64,000 bases of DNA from Octopus sinensis. Its lineage: Eukaryota. This document shows positions 62,447 through 64,000 of the stretch, piece after piece. The position numbers and the translations under genes are program-made. The stretch is taken from the NCBI RefSeq assembly GCF_006345805.1, contig NC_042998.1, forward strand, positions 107,694,001-107,758,000, read 5' to 3'. Position 1 is the stretch's first letter. Each line of letters starts with the position of its first letter. Below the pieces are notes generated by a model. That model saw only the letters and a list, made by a program, of their open reading frames with translations. It did no database searches and was not told the origin of the DNA.

Positions 62447-63634
62447 CCAAAACATGTACTGTGCGCTCTTTTATTTCTCTACTTATTGGTGAGGGCAGCA
62501 AATTGGATAAAATACTATCTGCATTATAATTCAAATCCTTTTGTCCTTAATTCTTCAGTGGGTGATAAAATAAAGTACCAGCCCAAGGAGGTGAATTGGT
62601 ATCATTGTTAAAGCATCAGATAGGATGTTGTTGCAAGCATTTGGGCCAAGCCTCTGGGTCAAGAATAACTTCCCAGTTTCAATCCATCAGTTTCAGAAAC
62701 CCTGGAAAAATAAAGGTCATACACATTGCCCATCCCTTCTTTACTAAGTGATGAATTAAATAATAAAAAAAAATTGATAATTTCCATACTTTACTGCTTT
62801 GATTCAGAAGGGAGTTGTCATATGATTAATTAGTGTTATGAAGGATAACCACATGCAAAACGTAGGATGATCATAACTAGATTGCCTTTGACATATCTGT
62901 CTGATAAGGATTAATCTGGAGCTAAAATGCAGCAACATATTTGACTCCAAGAGAATAAAAAGTAGTCATGCGACCTACTTGAAAAAGTAACCAAATCTTC
63001 AAGAACACTGTTGCCTCAAAAGAGGAAGAAAGTATCAAATTATGAAGGTTGAGAATGCAGTGCCTACTGCCCTTCTACCACCAACATGAAAAAAAAAAAG
63101 ACAGTCATGATTTGTACATATCTGATCATAACTCTTCTGAATCAGACCTGATCAGTGGCTAAGTAACAACATAAACAACTATCACTAAATATGAGTCAAC
63201 AGAATCACCCAAACCTTTCTATCATAGTTAAAAATAGTTGCAACCATTTCAACAAGGAAATAACATTCCTACTTACTTTCAATGTTTGCTTTCTTTTCAG
63301 TTTCTAAATCTTCACTTTTGAAAAGAGGAAGACTGACAGATAACTTTGTTAAACTGCAAAGAAAACACCAATAATAAATGGAAAACCTTCAATAATAAAC
63401 ATTCTAGATTTTACTAAGTTATAGAATTCCAAGTGAAAAATTACTTACAGAGAAAATTGGGAAAATGTTTCAATAATATAAATAACTTTCTTCATTTGAT
63501 GAATTAATGGATGTAGGTTTGAAAATATGGCTTCTTCATCATAAAAGGAAATTCCTTTCATTGTTCGGCAGAAATCATTGATGTTTGTTGTTGATGCTCT
63601 TTGTAGTTTGAGATTTGGATATGGCTGCAGAGAG
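3086..63634 (-). CDS. Axonemal dynein heavy chain, outer-arm gamma type (DNAH5/DNAH8-like), partial: 28 exons covering tail DHC_N1 and linker DHC_N2; 5' end and motor domain outside the window
   Basis: 28 exons, each with an AG acceptor and GT donor, whose phases chain without a stop (4627 nt). Motifs are colinear with recalled DNAH5: NPPMPRNSPKVAGTIQW, FQPGLSSLSWNSLNI, IRNRHWLQI, WIDVQKLWIHLEAVF, GNYLEKKRMQFPRFFFLSNPVLL, SVEWWLNEL, YPTQICQLGVLYLWSRE. The exact paralogue cannot be assigned without a search. Confidence 0.95.
3370..4480 (-). mobile_element. RTE 3' end fragment, minus strand
   Basis: tatcatcttcatttaatgtctg tail end, cagctggctgcttttcttaatgcc, purine-rich body. Confidence 0.55.
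4667..4801 (-). CDS. Dynein HC exon AA
   Basis: gtgtatag|...|gtaaat; 135 nt; VPVCHSVEWWLNELKHTIHDTIGKMSLNAIQEITQATNLEEFIAK. Confidence 0.93.
5035..7560 (-). mobile_element. RTE-clade LINE (BovB/RTE-1-like), 5' UTR + APE + N-terminal half of RT; 3' part missing; decayed
   Basis: APE motifs CWNVR, ESGVGFAIK, LISAYAPT, GDFNARIG, WHLIDYIL, TDHWLL; RT motifs GKAPGMDG, YRGICLL, PESQCGFR, FIDLTKAFD. Several frameshifts. The sequence stops before YADD. An RTE-type 5' UTR (gcagtctatctaggagaaagtaactctgaattcaaa on minus) lies near 7470-7520. Confidence 0.88.
7960..8900. repeat. Interspersed repeat with internal degenerate subrepeats and TG/CA-rich tracts
   Basis: The unit catcacattttgtatatgactgtgtgtctgtctgtgagtg recurs at about 8297, 8451 and 8707. 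Confidence 0.6.
10733..10831 (-). CDS. Dynein HC exon Z
   Basis: ttttgaag|...|gtactt; 99 nt; PELSQEIKLRETAEIQMIAVKSVDGEKLLLNKK; resembles DNAH5 ILSISSQEGETIEL. Confidence 0.85.
11130..11495 (+). mobile_element. tRNA-derived SINE with LINE-like tail
   Basis: ggttcagtcccac B-box, ccttggacaagtgttttctgctata core, (GT)n, tail ccaactcatgcaagtatg; related copies at 12980-13145 (-) and 61460-61620 (+). Confidence 0.68.
11505..12067 (+). mobile_element. RTE 3' end fragment with repeated UTR units and (GAT)n tail
   Basis: GRSRKTWDKVVKHDL-type ORF end, repeated ggtggcacatraaaagcacc units, ttaggaa..catycagc tail core, gatgat tail. Confidence 0.8.
12690..12810 (-). CDS. Dynein HC exon Y
   Basis: ttgcttcag|...|gtaaga; 121 nt; GSLFGYVHEIETEVIEKRREILSESAASDIQFDQNTEIFTT. 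Confidence 0.85.
13160..14030 (-). mobile_element. RTE 3' end fragment, minus strand
   Basis: ggatgcccttcctaa at about 13298 (reverse complement of the tail core); purine-rich body on plus. Confidence 0.6.
15058..15254 (-). CDS. Dynein HC exon X
   Basis: ctttttaag|...|gtaatt; 197 nt; ACCGEMQLKSVLLHIQEDLESCSRSLGNYLEKKRMQFPRFFFLSNPVLLATLSCPQSLESILPIL. Confidence 0.96.
15800..15892 (-). CDS. Dynein HC exon W
   Basis: aattccag|...|gtaatt; 93 nt; ELQQQNLIFAPVNTSWCKVMARYAEMKNFLQ. Confidence 0.9.
16190..17255 (+). mobile_element. RTE 3' end fragment with pyrimidine-rich UTR
   Basis: gctgtgctcatgaagac start, CT-rich body, ttaggaagggcatcc, ccagcatggaaag...gatgatgat. Confidence 0.68.
17564..17924 (-). 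CDS. Dynein HC exon V (linker)
   Basis: ctttcag|...|gtaata; 361 nt; RYKSTVVEICHVSMKEMELE...LEDSQVTLANMLTSPYISP...WIDVQKLWIHLEAVFSNSSANK. Confidence 0.96.
18756..18865 (-). CDS. Dynein HC exon U
   Basis: gattgtag|...|gtaaca; 110 nt; TIRNRHWLQIMTVTENTFPLEVTVLRLSHLFNINLP. Confidence 0.93.
19703..19834 (-). CDS. Dynein HC exon T (DHC_N2 start)
   Basis: ctataaag|...|gtaata; 132 nt; VELFWDDYLLLSEKLQEYNTYHSLKTAITMYQETIPILKLLHSK. Confidence 0.9.
20636..20749 (-). CDS. Dynein HC exon S
   Basis: tttgtag|...|gtaagt; 114 nt; DLKMVYSLYDLYIRFIQFDDQFQNTLWSDVDFRTAVKM. Confidence 0.92.
22197..22409 (-). CDS. Dynein HC exon R
   Basis: ttttcag|...|gtaaaa; 213 nt; AFVVKVIQFRNSFDGEGPNIPDSSPEETVERLDKFQ...FTELDQTEE. 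Confidence 0.92.
22652..22727. repeat. Perfect 76-bp palindrome (38+38, no spacer)
   Basis: aaattgcaaaataataataaaaacgtatatatttggta|taccaaatatatacgtttttattattattttgcaattt, checked base by base. Confidence 0.95.
22728..23826 (+). mobile_element. Tc1-like DNA transposon, DD36E (Incomer-type), decayed; 5' TIR absent
   Basis: ORF from 22759 MTDLSDFQKGQVVCARMAG...GRKPKL...VIFSDKSSFTLF; FQDDNAPIH...WPAQSSDLN(I)IEHLW; 3' TIR ggtgtttccatcattttgtctaacccct followed by TA; frameshifts and a stop. Confidence 0.88.
24195..24351 (-). CDS. Dynein HC exon Q
   Basis: tttgaag|...|gtaagt; 157 nt; LKYCVPLPRSEIKEVEDLRNNWNYLTELAEATEKYIFTDKRLTFEQEIHRENM. Confidence 0.9.
25266..25441 (-). CDS. Dynein HC exon P
   Basis: ctcctcag|...|gtaagt; 176 nt; NMLKAACIYRRQVFEVLSVPIKTLEQLNNILYVLQQIRDMQNKIDQIYLPIELAYHKL. 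Confidence 0.9.
25600..29520 (-). mobile_element. R4/Dong-type non-LTR retrotransposon (single ORF, RT + CCHC finger + restriction-like endonuclease), near full length, inactivated
   Basis: The ORF fragments from 29414 to 25793 join through 3 in-frame stops and 1 deletion frameshift. Motifs: N-terminal RNKWTREE (Myb-like), KSPGKDRVPNFW, NYRPITCL, EQKGCRRG, IDYKKAFDS, GIFQGDSLSP, YMDDLK, C*FC..ETVDHLISGC, KPDIVV..LIDMS. Short 3' UTR, A-run, then (TAA)n. Boundaries approximate. Confidence 0.9.
29797..30922 (-). mobile_element. Poly(A)-tailed LINE 3' remnant (possibly L1/Tx1-like) with internal ~460-bp tandem duplication
   Basis: A T-run at about 29797-29813 reads as a poly(A) tail on minus. 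Units 29881-30340 and 30341-~30800 are near-identical. Degenerate C-terminal Cys-finger-like peptide. Flanked by (ATT/ATC)n. Confidence 0.5.
30924..31000. repeat. (ATT)n microsatellite
   Basis: Direct reading. Confidence 0.95.
31588..31880 (-). CDS. Dynein HC exon O
   Basis: tcctacag|...|gtaaga; 293 nt; ANENIARTYVQSFNRYDFLWTRNRYESFDEFLTINP...LLLSWKTVFASVLHTDAY. Confidence 0.92.
32090..32700 (+). mobile_element. RTE APE-domain fragment
   Basis: LIFVAGDFNGHVG, ICNTNFRK, QIDFILTR, SQHRLVISD; homologous to 34420-35020. Confidence 0.8.
32891..32943. repeat. (GA)n microsatellite
   Basis: Direct reading. Confidence 0.95.
34340..37708 (+). mobile_element. RTE-clade LINE, 5'-truncated in APE, RT with PHD-like insert, repetitive 3' UTR and (GAT)n tail
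   Basis: IISAYAPQ, VAGDFSGHVG, GKAPSPSG, NYRGIKLL, QFGFVSGKSTTDAIF, DMKKAFD, GVHQGSVFSP, ELLYADDL, FRYLG; multiple stops and frameshifts; ends ...ccaacttatgctagcatggaaag...gatgatgat. Confidence 0.9.
38080..38181 (-). CDS. Dynein HC exon N
   Basis: ctttcag|...|gtaaga; 102 nt; GIPLIDIFDDYFHDNIVKNERINDVFKAIEKSLS. Confidence 0.87.
39109..39221 (-). CDS. Dynein HC exon M
   Basis: atttcag|...|gtcagc (weak donor); 113 nt; LINSVLVYNIPDFALNPPAAVISNIIRNIALKIKDISK; resembles DNAH5 ASVTLAIPNIVMAP. Confidence 0.82.
40620..41640 (+). mobile_element. Heavily decayed LINE RT remnant
   Basis: Degenerate LFTDYIKVFNTVSH (FIDYxKAFD-like), KFKCLRT (FKYLG-like), FTYSCVTW (LYGCETW-like). Confidence 0.5.
41745..41970 (-). 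mobile_element. tRNA-derived SINE (abundant octopod-type)
   Basis: Minus strand: ggtggtaagctggcagaattggtagc head, B-box aagttcaaattcc, tttgccttttattctttcaggatcaataaaataagt core; partial copies near 2250-2370, 10870-11040 and 49210-49310. Confidence 0.7.
42028..42220 (-). CDS. Dynein HC exon L
   Basis: ttttcccag|...|gtaagt; 193 nt; AYYREKLYHAVEKIILRSLVFLLKFVSSIEESDSPKFHSSPIETANLLADNSTGKSYLRYETYL. Confidence 0.85.
43910..44046 (+). mobile_element. Short RTE 3' tail
   Basis: gcattaggaagggctgtagaaacc...ctagcatgaaaaacagacgttaaatgataatgatgatga. Confidence 0.7.
44828..45704. mobile_element. Mariner-family non-autonomous element made of two convergent left ends
   Basis: TA-flanked TIRs (tgtggtctgatcaataagtatctggact / caaggactaatcgataaatatcctgact on minus). 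Plus arm encodes MTEKVEQRICIKFCQKLG; minus arm encodes ...VYEWFRHFRDGR...SGRPTTS...AKFVPKLL. Confidence 0.82.
46995..47100 (-). CDS. Dynein HC exon K
   Basis: gtacacag|...|gtaagt; 106 nt; ISPKYGSKGTAEDKVDAEINEILEKDKNHLSKKII. Confidence 0.8.
49392..49517 (-). CDS. Dynein HC exon J
   Basis: atttcag|...|gtaagt; 126 nt; HYEDIQKTMTMSIEFQIDSLNNHIHTMQNAIQDILDIVTATR. Confidence 0.88.
50190..51050 (+). mobile_element. Tc1-like transposon 3' half (DD34E-type spacing), decayed
   Basis: VLWTDESKIELFG, GGNIMVWGC, QDNEPKHT (W at +24), NPRENLW after a small deletion; ends ttatttccccccactg|TA. Confidence 0.85.
51050..51110. repeat. (TA)n(TG)n compound microsatellite
   Basis: Direct reading; abuts the Tc1 TIR. 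Confidence 0.95.
51115..51390 (+). mobile_element. SINE (core gtgttcttgagcaagatactttatttcacgttgctccagttcactcagctg)
   Basis: Typical SINE central domain; a reverse copy lies at 33290-33470. Confidence 0.6.
51733..51887 (-). CDS. Dynein HC exon I
   Basis: ccttcag|...|gtaagt; 155 nt; DAFLCTIRSAGYKLRDMTHGVHKIIYNQIDEVIEQIEDMSLFSMDECTLKHQ. Confidence 0.9.
52040..52324 (+). mobile_element. RTE 3' tail fragment
   Basis: gaccgagacctttgg...gtgcttgagaaga, ttaggaagggcatcc, atgatgatgatga. Confidence 0.78.
52636..52895 (-). CDS. Dynein HC exon H
   Basis: ttgacag|...|gtatgc; 260 nt; RLLIAIEETKSMVKMGVPIPKNAKAILLQEDKLK...FQPGLSSLSWNSLNI. Confidence 0.93.
53170..54421 (+). mobile_element. 5'-truncated copy of the same RTE family (RT C-terminus, PHD-like insert, 3' UTR)
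   Basis: LRVNLAKT, CLICRKG...CTQCKLWTHRRC...CGRC, LEVADSFHYL, WAKFRELL; tail ccatgctagcatgg...atgatgatga. Confidence 0.88.
54790..55094 (-). CDS. Dynein HC exon G (DHC_N1 core)
   Basis: gagaag|...|gtatgg; ENPPMPRNSPKVAGTIQWCKFTLKKIKYPM...KELHINIDP; an alternative in-frame acceptor would start it at 55097. Confidence 0.92.
56340..57086 (+). mobile_element. RTE 3' end fragment with pyrimidine-rich UTR
   Basis: gctgtgcttcagaaaac ORF-end motif, CT-rich body, ttaggaagggcatccagctgtagaaac tail, gatgatgat. Confidence 0.68.
57145..57240. repeat. (CA)n(TA)n compound microsatellite
   Basis: Direct reading. Confidence 0.95.
57240..58472 (+). mobile_element. Young CpG-rich composite retro-insertion ending in the RTE 3' tail
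   Basis: The tail at 58290-58472 has CpGs intact (gcgttaggaagggcatccagccg...cggacgttaaacgatgatgat). Internal ~34-bp and ~17-bp tandem arrays. Preceded by (TA)n. Left boundary uncertain. Confidence 0.7.
58525..58645 (-). CDS. Dynein HC exon F
   Basis: gttgtag|...|gtgagc; 121 nt; RFSSVSKRTALVPKIERCYVKVFNHYASDLLEQCDIFQQNK. Confidence 0.88.
58945..59800 (-). mobile_element. RTE 3' end fragment, minus strand
   Basis: gggttggatgttttgacagg and gttggatgacttcctaac (reverse tail); purine-rich body. Confidence 0.55.
60303..60439 (-). CDS. Dynein HC exon E
   Basis: gatttatag|...|gtaaac; 137 nt; DSGELNNLYCEFQSIITESELLIRSYLDAIFRKDLSVEQSLDILD. Confidence 0.82.
61269..61393 (-). CDS. Dynein HC exon D
   Basis: tttttatag|...|gtaagt; 125 nt; KTYFADEENCSILLNVFGNTMRNLTKIVHKITTVDVLHTNLD. 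Confidence 0.78.
61989..62183 (-). CDS. Dynein HC exon C (acidic insert)
   Basis: tttacag|...|gtaagc; 195 nt; MLNEDRSAVFQPMHDIKDCSLPAVKEEDAHEEKENEEKLEEICDIKKRNNLVHHKKEYNSNDYIL. Confidence 0.72.
63277..63353 (-). CDS. Dynein HC exon B
   Basis: ttctttgcag|...|gtaagt; 77 nt; LLTKLSVSLPLFKSEDLETEKKANIE; its phase bridges A (2) to C (1). Confidence 0.7.
63449..63634 (-). CDS. Dynein HC exon A (first in window)
   Basis: tacag|...|gtaagt; SLQPYPNLKLQRASTTNINDFCRTMKGISFYDEEAIFSNLHPLIHQMKKVIYIIETFSQFS; resembles DNAH5 [22 protein letters not shown]. Confidence 0.8.
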
Positions 63635-64000
63635 CTGTATGCATAATATCAAATTAGATACCCAAGTAAGTATGTAAGTATAATATACATGTATATATTC
63701 CTATAGATGCACAAACACAGACTAATAATCATGATAGCTTTTTATATTTTGAAGATTATGCCACTGCAATTCTAAAGTGAAAGTTAGTTCTAAAATACCC
63801 AGTACAAACCTCATGTCTAAGTCACACGTCCATTTTACATATGTTCTTGGTTCAGCAAACCCTTTAGCATTTAAACTGGCCATATCTGGCCCAAATATTC
63901 AAGTTATTTTATATTCAAATTGTCCAGATCTAGCCTCTCACGCCAGCCTCACAATGTCATTCTAAAAATTAATAGTTACCTCCTCAAAATCTTAAAGCTA

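Noticed and set aside
338-63965. The many short 60-160 aa ORFs in the supplied track (for example 16595-17065, 15647-15889, 55251-55586)
   Set aside because: They are low-complexity or microsatellite translations, or antisense shadows of exons and TEs; there is no evidence for a nested gene

Overview
AT-rich, repeat-dense animal genomic DNA, most likely an octopod cephalopod (inferred only from the character of the RTE 3' tails and tRNA-derived SINEs). The whole window lies inside one minus-strand gene. I assembled by hand 28 consecutive GT-AG exons (63634 down to 3086, 4627 nt, about 1540 codons) that splice in one uninterrupted frame. They encode the tail (DHC_N1) and linker (DHC_N2) of a divergent axonemal dynein heavy chain of the outer-arm gamma type (DNAH5/DNAH8-like). 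The gene begins beyond base 64000 and the AAA motor exons lie beyond base 1. The introns hold decayed mobile DNA: a near full-length R4/Dong-type RLE non-LTR retrotransposon in an (ATT/ATC)n tract, a 5'-intact but 3'-deleted RTE LINE, a second RTE family with a PHD-like finger inside its RT and many (GAT)n-tailed 3' fragments, a DD36E (Incomer-type) Tc1 element, a DD34E-type Tc1 fragment, a mariner built from two convergent left ends, SINEs and microsatellites. I found no convincing wholly new biological system. The best leads are the dynein insertions and divergence, the DD36E element, the PHD-RT, the double-left-end mariner and a young CpG-rich composite retro-insertion.
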